Assembly (NCBI GenBank): GCA_963755715.1
Contig: CAVWLW010000050.1
Coordinates: 1 to 64,000 of the forward strand
Source: an uncultured delta proteobacterium
GTDB taxonomy: Bacteria > Desulfobacterota > Binatia > UBA9968
Direction of reading: 5' to 3'
DNA length: 64,000 bases
The position numbers and the translations under genes are program-made. The notes below the pieces were generated by a model, which ran no database searches, was not told the origin of the DNA, and saw only the letters and a program-made list of their open reading frames with translations. Shown one piece after another: positions 20,681 through 31,928 of this stretch; positions within the stretch are counted from its first letter, which is position 1; every line of letters begins with the position of its first letter.

Positions 20681-20722
20681 GCGAACCTCCGCTCTATCCT
20701 CGATCCTCTATTACCGATCTTC

Positions 20723-21193
20723 CTATTTTTTCTTCGCTTTATAAGTGTCGATCGCCTTTTTCAAATCTTCGTACTCTTCGCATTTGCCGAACATCGGACA
20801 TGCTTTCTTGAGCGCAACCAATTGTTTGTCGGCGTTATCGGGCTGGTTCATGTCGAGATAAAGCTCGCCGAGATACTCATGGGCGTAGCGGTGACTCGAA
20901 TCGATCTTGAGCGCCGCCTGATAATGCTCCATCGACTTATCGAAAGTGCCGAGCTTTCTATAGCTGTAGCCGAGCATGCTCTGCGCGTCCGCATTCTTGG
21001 GCTCTTCCTGAACGGCTTTTGTGAAGTGTCCGACCGCGGCTTTGAAGTCCTGAGCCTCGATCGCTTTGCGTCCCGCCACGATGTTGGCATTCTCGGTCTT
21101 GCCTCCTCTCGGTTCCGGCAAATCGGCGAAGGCGGCGGATTGAGTCCATAGCAAACCGACTGCAAAAATCATCACGCTTAAAAATGTTTTCAT
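20723..21193 (-). CDS. Secreted tetratricopeptide repeat protein
   Basis: Signal peptide and TPR patterns NADAQSMLGYSYRKLG and AHEYLGELYL. Confidence 0.85.
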   Translation of the reverse strand: MKTFLSVMIFAVGLLWTQSAAFADLPEPRGGKTENANIVAGRKAIEAQDFKAAVGHFTKAVQEEPKNADAQSMLGYSYRKLGTFDKSMEHYQAALKIDSSHRYAHEYLGELYLDMNQPDNADKQLVALKKACPMFGKCEEYEDLKKAIDTYKAKKK

Positions 21194-21266
21194 GGCAAAC
21201 CTCCATCACTCTGGGTTGAATGCGGTGATCATACTCAGGCGCTCCCGGTTCATGCAATAGCCACGC

Positions 21267-22220
21267 TTATCGCTTGCGCAGCTCGACCCGGACTTCACGC
21301 AAAAGCGAAAGATCGACGAGCCGGTCGACGGGAACCTCGCCGGCGATGCCGGATTCCTGCTTGATCTTATCGAGGATCGAGCGCAACACGGGCTCTTCGA
21401 TGTCGCCGTCGGCATTGACGATCTGTCTAAGAATCTTATAGGTATCCGCGGCAATCTTGGGCTCCAACGCAAAATCGCGCTGCAGGTAAGGAATAACTTC
21501 CGACTCGTTTTTGACGAGGGCTTCCATGCTCCGCACTGTGGCGCGAATCATCGATTTCACCTGTTCTCGATGATCGTGAATATAGGGCACGCGCGCCACC
21601 AGACCGCCCTGCAAGTCACGCACGTCATAGGTATTGCCGAAATCTACGTATCCGGCCAGAGTCGCCATCGAAGTATACGGCGGCGTGAGAATGACGGCGT
21701 CGGCGGCTTTGGCCAGCAGCGTCGTATAGCTGTTCGCCGTCGTGTTCGTCGAAATATAGGCGACCTTCTCGTTGTTCAATTTTTTCATTAACGTAAGCGC
21801 CGCGTAATGCGCCAGCGAGCCGATGCCGCTGACCGCGACATTGCGAATGCGCGCCGGCGTCATGCCGGGTTGGCCGATCAGGCTGAAGCTCAAGCGGGTT
21901 TGAATAAACGCAATCGTTCGAATCGGCACGCCTTTCATCGCCGCGCGAAAAGACAGACCGCCTGCCGCGGTATAGTCGAGATCTCCCGCCACGAGCGCCG
22001 TGACGCCCAAAGGCGGCCGCATGACGATGATCTCGAGATCGATGCCTTCTTTGGCAAAAATTCCCTGGGCCTTGCCGAAATAGTATGGCACGAAGGTCAA
22101 GGCTTTGGCCGGCACCGTGAGCCGGACTTTCTCGAGCGGCTTTTGCTGCGCGTGCGTGTTCGGCTGGACACAAAACAATAAAGCCACTAGCGCAACTATC
22201 CGGATGACTGTTTTCTTCAT
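21267..22220 (-). CDS. ABC transporter substrate-binding protein (NMT1/THI5-like)
   Basis: Signal peptide from MKKTVIR, plus GIFAKEGIDLE, LVAGDLDY and VDLSLLREV. Confidence 0.85.
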   Translation of the reverse strand: MKKTVIRIVALVALLFCVQPNTHAQQKPLEKVRLTVPAKALTFVPYYFGKAQGIFAKEGIDLEIIVMRPPLGVTALVAGDLDYTAAGGLSFRAAMKGVPIRTIAFIQTRLSFSLIGQPGMTPARIRNVAVSGIGSLAHYAALTLMKKLNNEKVAYISTNTTANSYTTLLAKAADAVILTPPYTSMATLAGYVDFGNTYDVRDLQGGLVARVPYIHDHREQVKSMIRATVRSMEALVKNESEVIPYLQRDFALEPKIAADTYKILRQIVNADGDIEEPVLRSILDKIKQESGIAGEVPVDRLVDLSLLREVRVELRKR

Positions 22221-22224
22221 CAAA

Positions 22225-22335
22225 TCTTCGTGTCCTTCGTGCGCTTCGTGGTAAAAAATCCGTCGGGGAAAGGGCAACCACGGGGGGTTGCCCCTACGGG
22301 ACCGATTCGGGCGGACACGCAGGTCCGCCCCTACG
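22225..22335. repeat. Cluster of REP-like repeats, including two GTAG-type REPs
   Basis: On the minus strand: GTAGGGGCGGAC-CTGCGT-GTCCGCCC and GTAGGGGCAACC-CCCCGT-GGTTGCCC. Tandem CTTCGTG units lie at 22227-22251. Confidence 0.75.
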
Positions 22336-22369
22336 TTGTATTTCTTTGCGTTTTTTGTCGTTAAAATTT

Positions 22370-23790
22370 TTAATTCTTCTTGCTTGCCAAGCTCGCGCCA
22401 AACTTCTCGGCAACCTTTTCTTTAGCTCTGCACTCGCTCCCGACACTTTGGGAAATTCGTTCATCCACTCGTAAGGTTTGCAGGCGTCGATGATGCCGCG
22501 CGACTGAAAGCCGCGCTCGCTCGGCGGGATGATCGGATCGATCGGATTGCTCCAGCAGCGCCGCAGAATGTCGATGTCTTTGGCCGGATCGGTGCGCGTG
22601 CATAGCGCCCACAGAAGCTCGTTGCTGTCCCAGATGTCGATGTCCTCGTCGACCACGACCACGTAGCGGGTCAAGAGCGCGGCGGCGCGGCATTGCGACG
22701 CGATCAGCGCCGCCTGGCGCGCGTGGCCTGGGTAGCGCTGTTTAATCGCGACGACGACCAGCATGCGCGTCTGATAATAGGCGACGCCGCGCACATCCGG
22801 CACGCCGGCTTTTTCGAGATAATGCCAAATATAGGCGGCGCGAATCAGATTGGTCTCCGCGCCCGGGGCGGGCTTGAACGGCGGCGCGCCGGTAATGATC
22901 GGATCGTTGCGATACATAAGCCGCTTCACTTTGAGCATCGGCTCGGCGCGCAACCCGCCGGCATAATATCCGGTGAATTCGCCGAAAGGTCCTTCGGCAA
23001 TGTTTGTTCCTGGAATCACCTCGCCCTCGATGGCCACTTCGGAATACGCGGGAATCGGCAACTGCGTATGTTCACCGAGAATCACTTCATACGGCTCGCC
23101 GCGCACGCCGCCGGCGTAGTCGTATTCGGATTGCCCCGCCGGGATTTCCATCTGGCCAAAAAACCAAAGCAGCGGATCGGGACCGAAGCTGATCGCGACT
23201 GGAAAGGGCTTGCCCTTGTCGAAATATTTCTGCCGATGAATGTTGCCGTGGTGGCCGGGAGAAATATACAAAGCGAGAGTGTCGCGATCATGAATCATGA
23301 CCCGATAACAACCGAGATTGATCCAGCCTTCGTCGAGATCGCGGCTGATCGTGATATCGAGCGAGCCCAGGTAGCGGCCGCCGTCGCCCTCATGCCAATG
23401 CGGCGCGGGCAACGACAAGAGATCGATATCCTTCCCTTCGAAAACATTTTCCATCAGGGGTCCCGAATCGACCACGCGCGGCGGCATCAGTCTGGGATGA
23501 TCCAGACGCTTTTTCCAGGCGTCGATGAACTGATCGCGGCTGTAATCGAGCGGCAGATGATTGGTCAGACACTGACGTTTGAGGGTCGGATTGTGGATCC
23601 CGGTGAGAACACGCCGGCCGGCTGAATAGTCTTTGATCTTATCGAAGAGCACCGCCGGCGGCGGCTCCGACTGCGCCGCCACTTCCGCAACGGCGCCGAT
23701 CTCTTGATTCCAGTCGGCGCCTTCGACCACGCGCAGCTCGCCGAACGAGTCCACGCCCTCCAACCAACCGCGCAAATCCCGATAGTGCAT
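22370..23790 (-). CDS. UbiD-family prFMN-dependent decarboxylase
   Basis: Motifs PAVLFDKIKDY, DGGRY, NLGCYR, EGPFGEFTGYY, VVVDEDID and LWALCTRTDP. A frameshift is likely near the 3' end. Confidence 0.92.
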
Positions 23791-23948
23791 CAATCCCCCC
23801 TCGCGCCGGAGCCGATATTAAAACGGACTTGTTCGTCACACAACCTAGAAGTGTACGCATTTCCTCGCCAGGTCAATTGTTGTATATTTCCTTTCCCCCG
23901 GGTGGGAACATTACATTCACTTGACCGGAAAAGGAGGAGGAAAATTCC

Positions 23949-25235
23949 ATGCTGTACCGTCTTCTAGCTGCTTCAGCATTATTCGTGATCGCCGCCTGGA
24001 CTCTTTCTTGCGCAACCGCGCAAAACGACTCACGAGAAATCACCTTCGCGCCGGGCACCGGGCCGATTGACAAACTCGCCCTGCCCGCGCCGTTTACCAC
24101 GCCATCGGCGCGCAACACATCGAAAGTGATCGGCTGGCCGAAAAGTAAGATGCCGACGCCAGCGCCTGGGTTTGAAGTGAGCTTGTTCGCCGAGAATTTC
24201 GACAATCCGCGCCAGGCGTATGTTTTGCCCAACGGAGATATCTTGGTTGTCGAGGCGACGCGCGAATGGCCTGGCCGCGCCGACCGGCCGGACAAGTCGG
24301 CGAATCGAATCACGCTTTTCAGGGATACTAACGGCGATGGCAAACCGGATATCCGTGAGACCTTTCTGACCGGGCTAAACATGCCGCACGGCATGACGGT
24401 TTTGGGCAATTGGTTTTACGTCGGCAACACCAACGGCGTCGTTCGCTATCCGTACAGAACTGGCCAAACCAAAATCGAGGGCAAAGGCGAAAAGATTCTC
24501 GACCTGCCGGTCGACGGCCACTACACGCGCAACCTGCTCGCCGATCCATCGGGCAAGAAATTGTACGTCGCCGTCGGCTCCGCATCCAACGTCGATGAGG
24601 AAAACGTCTGGGAAAAAGACCAGCGCCGCGCCGGCATTTTGGAGATCAATCCCGATGGCAGCGGCATGCGGATATTTGCCAACGGCCTGCGCAATCCCGT
24701 CGGTATGGACTGGGAGCCCCAAACCAAAACTCTTTGGACGGTTGTCAACGAGCGCGATTTGCTCGGCGACGATCTCGTGCCCGATTATCTGACCAGTGTC
24801 AAAGAAGGAGAGTTTTACGGCTGGCCGTTCTCGTATTTCGGCCAGAATGAAGACCCGCGCAAAAAAGGCCAACGACCGGACCTCGTCGCCAAGGCGATCA
24901 AGCCGGATTACGCTCTCGGCTCGCACACCGCCGCGCTCGGCCTTGCTTTTTATCAAGGCAAGTCGTTTCCCGAGCGCTATCGCGGCGGCGCATTCATCGG
25001 CATGCATGGATCCTGGAACCGCTCGAAGATGGTCGGCTTCAAAGTTGCCTTCGTGCCATTTGCCAATGGCAAGCCCGCCGGTCCGATCGAAGACATCTTG
25101 ACCGGCTTCATCGCCGACGAGAGCAAGTTCGAAGCCTATGGCCGCCCGGTAGGCGTAACCGTGGCACCCGACGGCTCTCTTTTAGTTGCCGACGACAGCG
25201 GCGGCAAAGTTTGGCGCGTCACGGCGAAGAAATGA
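23949..25235 (+). CDS. L-sorbosone / glucose-sorbosone (PQQ-type) dehydrogenase family protein
   Basis: Motifs LYVAVGSASN, GLRNPVG, VVNERD.LGDDLVPDY, FYGWP, HGSWNRS and GRPVGV. Confidence 0.9.
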   Translation: MLYRLLAASALFVIAAWTLSCATAQNDSREITFAPGTGPIDKLALPAPFTTPSARNTSKVIGWPKSKMPTPAPGFEVSLFAENFDNPRQAYVLPNGDILVVEATREWPGRADRPDKSANRITLFRDTNGDGKPDIRETFLTGLNMPHGMTVLGNWFYVGNTNGVVRYPYRTGQTKIEGKGEKILDLPVDGHYTRNLLADPSGKKLYVAVGSASNVDEENVWEKDQRRAGILEINPDGSGMRIFANGLRNPVGMDWEPQTKTLWTVVNERDLLGDDLVPDYLTSVKEGEFYGWPFSYFGQNEDPRKKGQRPDLVAKAIKPDYALGSHTAALGLAFYQGKSFPERYRGGAFIGMHGSWNRSKMVGFKVAFVPFANGKPAGPIEDILTGFIADESKFEAYGRPVGVTVAPDGSLLVADDSGGKVWRVTAKK

Positions 25236-25248
25236 AAAAACGATCAGC

Positions 25249-25430
25249 CAGAGCCTAGCGCGGTTGAACCGCACCCAAAGGAGAACAGCAGGATTCACCG
25301 CAGAGGCACACAGAGTTCGCCGAGTTCGGAGTGTTTCTTATTAAAAACGTTGCTCCGCGCCTCCGCGGTGAGTTCTCTTCAGGATCGAGACAGTCAGAAT
25401 AGCCACTGGGAAATTTGCCTGAGCTGCGAA
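25249..25430. repeat. About 180-bp repeat, copy 1
   Basis: agagcctagcgcggttgaaccgcacccaaaggagaacagcaggattcaccgcagaggcacacagagttcgccgagttcggagtgtttc... is almost identical to 26754-26935. Confidence 0.9.
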
Positions 25431-25471
25431 AACTTTCACGGATGGTAGTACAAGGATCACACAGAAAAATC

Positions 25472-26734
25472 ATGAAAAACTGCCATCGGATTCTTGTGCT
25501 CTTTGTCTTCTTGGTGATTTCACTTCTCCTTTTCTCTTTATCTTCACTGGCCGCCGAACAAGCCAATCCGCGCGTTGTTGAAACCGGCCCGTCGGACAAG
25601 TTGATTCTGCCGCCGCCCAATGCGACGCGGGCGGTGGCGAATCCGGCCAGCGTGATACCGTGGCCGAAAGAAAAAACCCCGACCGCGCCCGCCGGTTTCG
25701 AAGTGAGTCTGTTTGCCGACGAGCTTGACAACCCGCGCATGATCTATGTTTTGCCCAATGGCGATGTCTTGGTGATGGAATCGCTGCCGCAGCAATCCAC
25801 GAGTCGAATCGTATTGCTGCGCGACAGCGCCAAAAGCGGCACACCTGCCGTGCGCCAGTCATTTCTGCGCCGATTGAACATGGCCTTCGGCATGGCGCTC
25901 ATCGGCAATCGTTTCTACGTCGGCAATACCGATGGCATTGTCGTCTTCCCTTACCGCTCCGGCGATACGCAAATCAAACGTCGGCCGGAAAAGATCCTCG
26001 ATTTACCCGGCGGCGGCCACTACACCAGAAATCTGCTGGCCGATCCCGCCGGCAAGAAAATTTACGTTGCGGTCGGTTCCTCGGGCAATATCGATGAACA
26101 GCGCGTTGATGAGAAAGATCCGCGCCGGGCGGCTATCTTACAAATAAATCCCGATGGCAGCGGCATGCGCGTATTCGCCAGCGGCCTGCGTAACCCCGTC
26201 GGCATAGATTGGGAACCGAAGACTCATACCTTATGGACGGTCGTCAACGAGCGCGACATGCTCGGTGACGAGCTCGTGCCCGATTATCTCACCGAGGCGC
26301 GCGACGGGGCGTTCTACGGCTGGCCTTATTCCTACTTCGGCCAGAATGAAGATCCGCGCAAGAAAGGACAGCGCCCTGATCTCGTCGCCAAAGCCATCAA
26401 ACCGGATTTTGCTTTAGGCTCCCATGTGGCGGCGCTCGGTTTGGCTTTCTATCAGGGAAAATCGTTTCCGGAGCGTTACCACGGCGGTGCGTTTATCGGC
26501 ATGCACGGCTCGTGGAACCGTTCCGACTTGGTGGGTTATAAGGTCGCCTTCGTGCCCTTTCAAAACGGCAAGCCAAGCGGTGTTATCGAAGATTTTCTCA
26601 CCGGGTTTATTGCCAATCCGAAAATCAGCCAAGTTTACGGCCGCCCCGTGGGCGTGGCGATTTGGACGGATGGGTCCTTGCTCGTCGCCGACGACGCCGC
26701 CGGCAAAGTATGGCGCGTGAGCGCAAAGAAATGA
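25472..26734 (+). CDS. L-sorbosone dehydrogenase family protein, tandem paralog
   Basis: Same motifs as the upstream paralog, including the identical stretch SYFGQNEDPRKKGQRPDLVAKAIKPD. Confidence 0.9.
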   Translation: MKNCHRILVLFVFLVISLLLFSLSSLAAEQANPRVVETGPSDKLILPPPNATRAVANPASVIPWPKEKTPTAPAGFEVSLFADELDNPRMIYVLPNGDVLVMESLPQQSTSRIVLLRDSAKSGTPAVRQSFLRRLNMAFGMALIGNRFYVGNTDGIVVFPYRSGDTQIKRRPEKILDLPGGGHYTRNLLADPAGKKIYVAVGSSGNIDEQRVDEKDPRRAAILQINPDGSGMRVFASGLRNPVGIDWEPKTHTLWTVVNERDMLGDELVPDYLTEARDGAFYGWPYSYFGQNEDPRKKGQRPDLVAKAIKPDFALGSHVAALGLAFYQGKSFPERYHGGAFIGMHGSWNRSDLVGYKVAFVPFQNGKPSGVIEDFLTGFIANPKISQVYGRPVGVAIWTDGSLLVADDAAGKVWRVSAKK

Positions 26735-26753
26735 AGAAAAAATTTGACCGCAG

Positions 26754-27130
26754 AGAGCCTAGCGCGGTTGAACCGCACCCAAAGGAGAACAGCAGGATTC
26801 ACCGCAGAGGCACACAGAGTTCGCCGAGTTCGGAGTGTTTCCTATTAAAAACTCATTGCTCCGCGCCCTCCGCGGTGAGTTCTCTTCTAGATCGAGACAA
26901 TCAGAATAGCCAGAAAAATTTGCGCGGCCTGCGCAAATAATCTGGCATCGAAAGTACTCGGAGTCGGGAATTCCTCCCGCCAAGGCGCAAAGGCGCCAAG
27001 GTTATGGGGAAAGGACAAAAACTCTTATAAATGATTTTCACCCTCAATCTCCGAACTTTGCGCCCTTTGCGTCTTTGCGGGAGATACTCCGAGTTTCGGT
27101 TGCGGCTCAGCCGCACTGGGCTCTCTGTGG
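26754..27130. repeat. About 180-bp repeat copy 2, plus nested inverted repeats
   Basis: Copy of 25249-25430, followed by the inverted pair ctcccgccaaggcgcaaaggcgc / gcgccctttgcgtctttgcgggag. ggttgcggctcagccgcactggg resembles the reverse complement of the repeat's start. Confidence 0.8.
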
Positions 27131-28436
27131 TTAATTCTTTTCCCCGTCTTTGCCGGCGCGCGAGTCGACGACGCGCACGGTCTCGCCGTCTTGCAAATCG
27201 TCCGGCGGCGCGATTAGCAACCGCTCTTTTTCACTGAGCCCTTCCACCACTTCCACCTTCGTCCCGTAGTCTCGCCCCAGTTGGACGATCTGAAACCGCA
27301 CTTTGTTGTCGCCGCCGAGGGTTGCGACCCGCGGCTCCCCTGACCGCACAATGAGGGCGCTGGACGGAATCAGCAGCGGCGGATCTTTGTGCGTCAAATG
27401 AAATTTAACGTCGGCGTACGTTCCGGGCCGCAACAACTCGCCTTCGTTGGTCATACGCACTTCGGTCAACATCGTTCGAGTCACCGGATCGAGAGCGCCC
27501 GCAAGATTGGCGACCTGCGCGATAAAATGTTTTTGCGGGAATTCGCGCACCGCCACCTCGGTCTTCAAGCCCGGCGCAATCGACGCCACGTAAGCCTGGG
27601 GCACGTTGACGAAAATACGCAGGCTGTCGGTCTGCGCCATGCGGAACAACGGCTGGGTATTGGTGCTGCTTCCCGCACCGATCAGCGCGCCGTTATCGAC
27701 GTTGCGCACGGTGATCACGCCGGCGAACGGCGCGCGGATATTTTGAAAGGATTGTAGATTCGCCAGCCGTTCCAGGTTCGCTTTATTCGCCGTCACGTTG
27801 GCTTCCGCGGCAGCGACGTTGGCGTGCCCCGCATCGACGTCGGCTTGGCCAGACTTGACCAGCACCTGCCGATCATCGACGTCTTGCTGCGCCACGAGAT
27901 CGCTGCCCCTTCATCGTCCGCCAACGCTCGAGAGTGGTGCGATTATAATCCAATTGGCTTTCATTGTGCTGCAACGCGGCTCGGGCTTGTTCGAGCGCTG
28001 AAACGGCCTGCGCCAACGCTGCTTTCGCCTGATAAAATTGCTGATTGAGTTCAGGTGTATCGATTTCTGCCAGAATATCGCCGCTCCGCACCCGGTCGCC
28101 GATGTTGACGAGGCGCCGTTTGAGATAGCCGTCGACGCGCGCATAAATCGCCGTTTCCTGCACCGCCTGAATGCTTCCGGGCAGGACCAAATCGCTGGCC
28201 GGCGATGCTCGCGCCGGCAAAGCGACGGTGACCACCCGCGCACTCGACTCGACTTCCTGCACGGTGGCGCGCAACTGGCGCTCGCGCCAAAAGCGCGGCG
28301 CAAAACCGATCACTCCAAGCACAACCAGGACGATCAACGTCCCGATCACGATGCGTACGCTGTGGCGTTTTTGTGTCGCGTCGCTTGCCGGCAGGTCTCG
28401 TCCTTCAGTCATACCGCTGGTTTTCTCCTTGAACAT
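27131..28436 (-). CDS. RND efflux periplasmic adaptor (MFP), frameshift at about 27900
   Basis: Motifs IYARVDGYL...VNIGDRV..G..LAEIDTPEL, IRAPFAGVIT, LDPVTRTM and GRDYG..VEV..GL. Confidence 0.9.
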
Positions 28437-28448
28437 AAAAAGCGTCGG

Positions 28449-31400
28449 TCACAGCGCATCCGCACGCGCGGCCTCATCCCTATCCATAGCGAACGGCGTC
28501 TTTTGGCGCAGCAGGCTATAGATGACCGGCACGACGAATAACGTGGCGAACGTGGCGAACGTCAAGCCGCCGATGACTGCGCGCGCCAACGGTGCGTTCT
28601 GCTCGCCGCCCTCGCCAAGCCCCAAAGCCATCGGCAGCATGCCGATAATCATCGCCAAGGCGGTCATCAGCACCGGTCGCAGTCTGGTGTAGCCCGCCAG
28701 CAGCGCGGCATTCAGGGCGTCCTGTCCGGCACGCCGTTGATCGTTGGCAAAGGTCACCAACAAAATGCTATTGGCGGTCGCCACGCCGATGCTCATGATC
28801 GCGCCCATGAGGGAGGGCACGTTGATCGTGGTCTGGGTCAAAAAGAGCGACCAAACGATGCCGGAGAGGGCGCCGGGCAAAGCGGTAATGATGATAAAGG
28901 GATCCAACCAGGATTGAAAATTCACCACCATCAACGCGTAAACCAGGACGATGGCAAAGAGCAGGCCGGTGGCCAAACCGATAAATGCGGAGGTCATGCT
29001 TTCGACTTGACCGCGCACGATCATCGAGCTGCCGCGCGGCAAATCTTTTTCGACGTCCGTTAAAATACGCCGGATGTCGCGCGCGGCGCCGCCCAAGTCT
29101 CGGTCCTGCACGCTCGCGAAGACGTCGAAGACGGGCTGGACGTTGTAGTGCGTCGCCACCGTGACGGTGGAGCCGCGCTCCAACGTCGCGAGGTTCGCCA
29201 ACAACTGCTGCGCGCTGCCGCCCGCCGCGCCGATCGGTTCCCGTTGCAAGGCGTCAACGGAATCGATCCGGTACTGGGGTGTCTGCACGGCAACCCGGTA
29301 GCTGACGCCGTTTTGCGGGTTGAGCCAAAAGTTCGGCGCTTGATCGCTGCTCGAAGCCAACGAGGCCAGCAGCGAATTCGCCACGTCACGCTGTGAGATG
29401 CCGATCTGCGCCGCCCGAACACGGTCGACGTTGATCCGCAACGCCGGCGCCGCCACGACCTGGTGCACGTGCACATCGGTCAAGCCGGGGACGCGCTCGA
29501 TCCGTTCGGCGACCCGGCGCGCGAGCGCGTAATTGGCGGCGCGATTTTGGCCGACCAATTGGATGTCGATGGGCGCCGGCAAGCCAAAATTGAGAATCTG
29601 GCTGACGATGTCCGCCGGTTGGTAAAAGAAAACGAGATCCGGAAAGCGCTGCGGCAGCTCGCGGCGCAGGGCGCGGATATAATCAAAGGTAGATCGCCGA
29701 TGCCCGGGTTTGAGCGCGACCAAAATCTCGCCATCGGCCGGACCGATCGTGGAAGAATCACTGAATGCCAGGTTGACGCCGCCCAGCGGCAAGCCGATAT
29801 TGTGCAGTACCAACGCGGTTTCTTCGCGCGGAACGATGCGCCCGATGGCGGCCTCGACGGCGTTAAAAATCTGGTCCGTCTCTTCGAGCCGCGTGCCGGC
29901 GGGGGCGCGCACATGCAGACGAAACTGTCCGGCGTCGACGAGCGGAAAAAAGTCCCGGCCGGTCAACGGCACCACCAGAACCGCGCTGCCCAGCACGATC
30001 GCGAATTCGCTCAACACCAGCCGGCGATGATGCAGCGCCCACTCAAGGCCGGCGCGGTATTTTTCGCGCATTCGTTCGAAGCGCCGGTTGAACGCGCCGT
30101 GGACGCGCCAAAAAACATCTCCTTCTTCCTGCTCGCCGCCTTCGTCGTAGCGTGCGACTTCGCTGGCCAATAAATACTGCACCATCGTCGGCACCAGCGT
30201 GCGCGATAAAAAGTACGACGTCAGCATCGCCAAGACCACCGCCAACGCCATCGGCGTGAAAAGAAATTGCACCGCGCCTTTAAGAAACACCACGGGCACA
30301 AACACGATACAGATTGCCAGCGTGGATACGAACGCGGGCACGGCGATTTGCTGAGCGCCGTCGAGGATCGCGCGGGTAATCGGTTTTCCCAGGGCGAGGT
30401 TACGATGGATGTTTTCGATCTCGACCGTAGCGTCGTCGACCAATATGCCGACAGCCAGCGCCAGTCCACCGAGCGTCATGATGTTGATCGTGTAACCGAA
30501 GAACCAAAGAATGATCAGCGACGTGAGAATCGACAGCGGGATCGACGTGGCGACAATCACCGTGCTGCGCCAGCTGCCGAGAAAGATCAAAATCATCAGC
30601 GCGGTCAGGCCGGCGGCGATCAACGCCTCGCGCACCACGCCGTCGATGGCGGCTTTCACGAAGATCGACTGATCGAACAGAGTGGCGATCTCGAGCTCTT
30701 TAGGCAGCGTGGCTTGGATCTTCGGCAAAATTTCCTTCACCCGCCGCACCACGTCGATAGTGGAAGCGCCGCCGCCTTTGAGCACCGTGAGCAAACTGGC
30801 GCGCCGGTTGCCGGCGCTCACGATGTTGGCTTGCACCGAGAAGCCGTCGCGCACTTGAGCGACATCCCGGACAAAAACCACGGCGCCATTGACGGCACGG
30901 ATCGGCAGATTGTTCAGACCTTCGACCGTGTCAGGACTGCTGTTCAACTGGACGCTGTACTCACGAGTGCCGATTTTCGCCGTGCCGCTCGGCAGGATCA
31001 GATTTTGTGCATTGATCGCGTTGACGACGTCGATGGCAGACAGGCCGTATCCGTTGAGCGCCTTCGGATTGAGATCTACCATGATCTGGCGCGCCTTGCC
31101 GCCGTAGGGCAGCGACACCGCGGCGCCTTGAACCGTAGCGAGCTGGGTGCGGACGAAGTTATTGGCGTAATCGAAAAGCTGTTCCTCGGGCAGCACCTTG
31201 CTTGTCACCGAGAGCTGGAGAATCGGCACGCTCGACGCGCTGTAACGAATGATCAGTGGCGGCGTAAAACCGGCGGGCAAGGTTCTCAGCAGCGATTGGG
31301 AAATCGAGGTGATCTGCGCCACCGCCATCTCGACCTTGGCGCTCGGATGAAAAAAAACCTTGATGACACCGACCCCGTACATGGATTGCGACTCCATGTG

Positions 31401-31637
31401 CTCGATGTCGTTGACGGTAGTGGTGAATGCGCGCTCGCTCACCGTCACGACTCTTTTTTCCATGTCCTCCGGGGCGATGCCGGTGAAAGACCAGATGACC
31501 GTAACGACGGGAATATCGACGTTGGGGAAAATATCGGTTGGCATGCGCTGTACGGTTACAACGCCCAACACGACCAGCAAGAGCGCAACTACAACAAAGG
31601 TGTACGGGCGCCGCAGCGCCAGCCGCACAATCCACAT
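28449..31637 (-). CDS. RND efflux transporter permease (AcrB/NolG-like)
   Basis: 1062 aa with GILVDDATVEIENI, RLRPVLMTALA and EQNAPLARAVIGG. Confidence 0.95.
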   Translation of the reverse strand: MWIVRLALRRPYTFVVVALLLVVLGVVTVQRMPTDIFPNVDIPVVTVIWSFTGIAPEDMEKRVVTVSERAFTTTVNDIEHMESQSMYGVGVIKVFFHPSAKVEMAVAQITSISQSLLRTLPAGFTPPLIIRYSASSVPILQLSVTSKVLPEEQLFDYANNFVRTQLATVQGAAVSLPYGGKARQIMVDLNPKALNGYGLSAIDVVNAINAQNLILPSGTAKIGTREYSVQLNSSPDTVEGLNNLPIRAVNGAVVFVRDVAQVRDGFSVQANIVSAGNRRASLLTVLKGGGASTIDVVRRVKEILPKIQATLPKELEIATLFDQSIFVKAAIDGVVREALIAAGLTALMILIFLGSWRSTVIVATSIPLSILTSLIILWFFGYTINIMTLGGLALAVGILVDDATVEIENIHRNLALGKPITRAILDGAQQIAVPAFVSTLAICIVFVPVVFLKGAVQFLFTPMALAVVLAMLTSYFLSRTLVPTMVQYLLASEVARYDEGGEQEEGDVFWRVHGAFNRRFERMREKYRAGLEWALHHRRLVLSEFAIVLGSAVLVVPLTGRDFFPLVDAGQFRLHVRAPAGTRLEETDQIFNAVEAAIGRIVPREETALVLHNIGLPLGGVNLAFSDSSTIGPADGEILVALKPGHRRSTFDYIRALRRELPQRFPDLVFFYQPADIVSQILNFGLPAPIDIQLVGQNRAANYALARRVAERIERVPGLTDVHVHQVVAAPALRINVDRVRAAQIGISQRDVANSLLASLASSSDQAPNFWLNPQNGVSYRVAVQTPQYRIDSVDALQREPIGAAGGSAQQLLANLATLERGSTVTVATHYNVQPVFDVFASVQDRDLGGAARDIRRILTDVEKDLPRGSSMIVRGQVESMTSAFIGLATGLLFAIVLVYALMVVNFQSWLDPFIIITALPGALSGIVWSLFLTQTTINVPSLMGAIMSIGVATANSILLVTFANDQRRAGQDALNAALLAGYTRLRPVLMTALAMIIGMLPMALGLGEGGEQNAPLARAVIGGLTFATFATLFVVPVIYSLLRQKTPFAMDRDEAARADAL

Positions 31638-31893
31638 TCGGCTTTACCTTGACGCTAGCGGCAACGCAGAAACATCGACGCGCATCTGTGGAAGTGAAGC
31701 AAGTTTACAGGAAGGGCGAAAAAAAATTTTCATACCGACTCACTATACATGAGCGGACATCGCGCTCAAGAATGAGCCGCACCGAGCGGCACAATTCAGC
31801 GCCGAAGTCGGGCAATCAGCGCGCGAATCGCGGTTTCACTGCGACTTTGGTCTGAAGAAAGGAGGGGCGCTATCAGGAATAAATCAACTTGCA

Positions 31894-31916
31894 GGGCGTC
31901 CAGCCGGTCGCCCTAC
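31894..31916. repeat. GTAG-type REP
   Basis: On the minus strand: GTAGGGCGACC-GGCT-GGACGCCC. Confidence 0.55.
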
Positions 31917-31928
31917 AACTCTCCCCAG

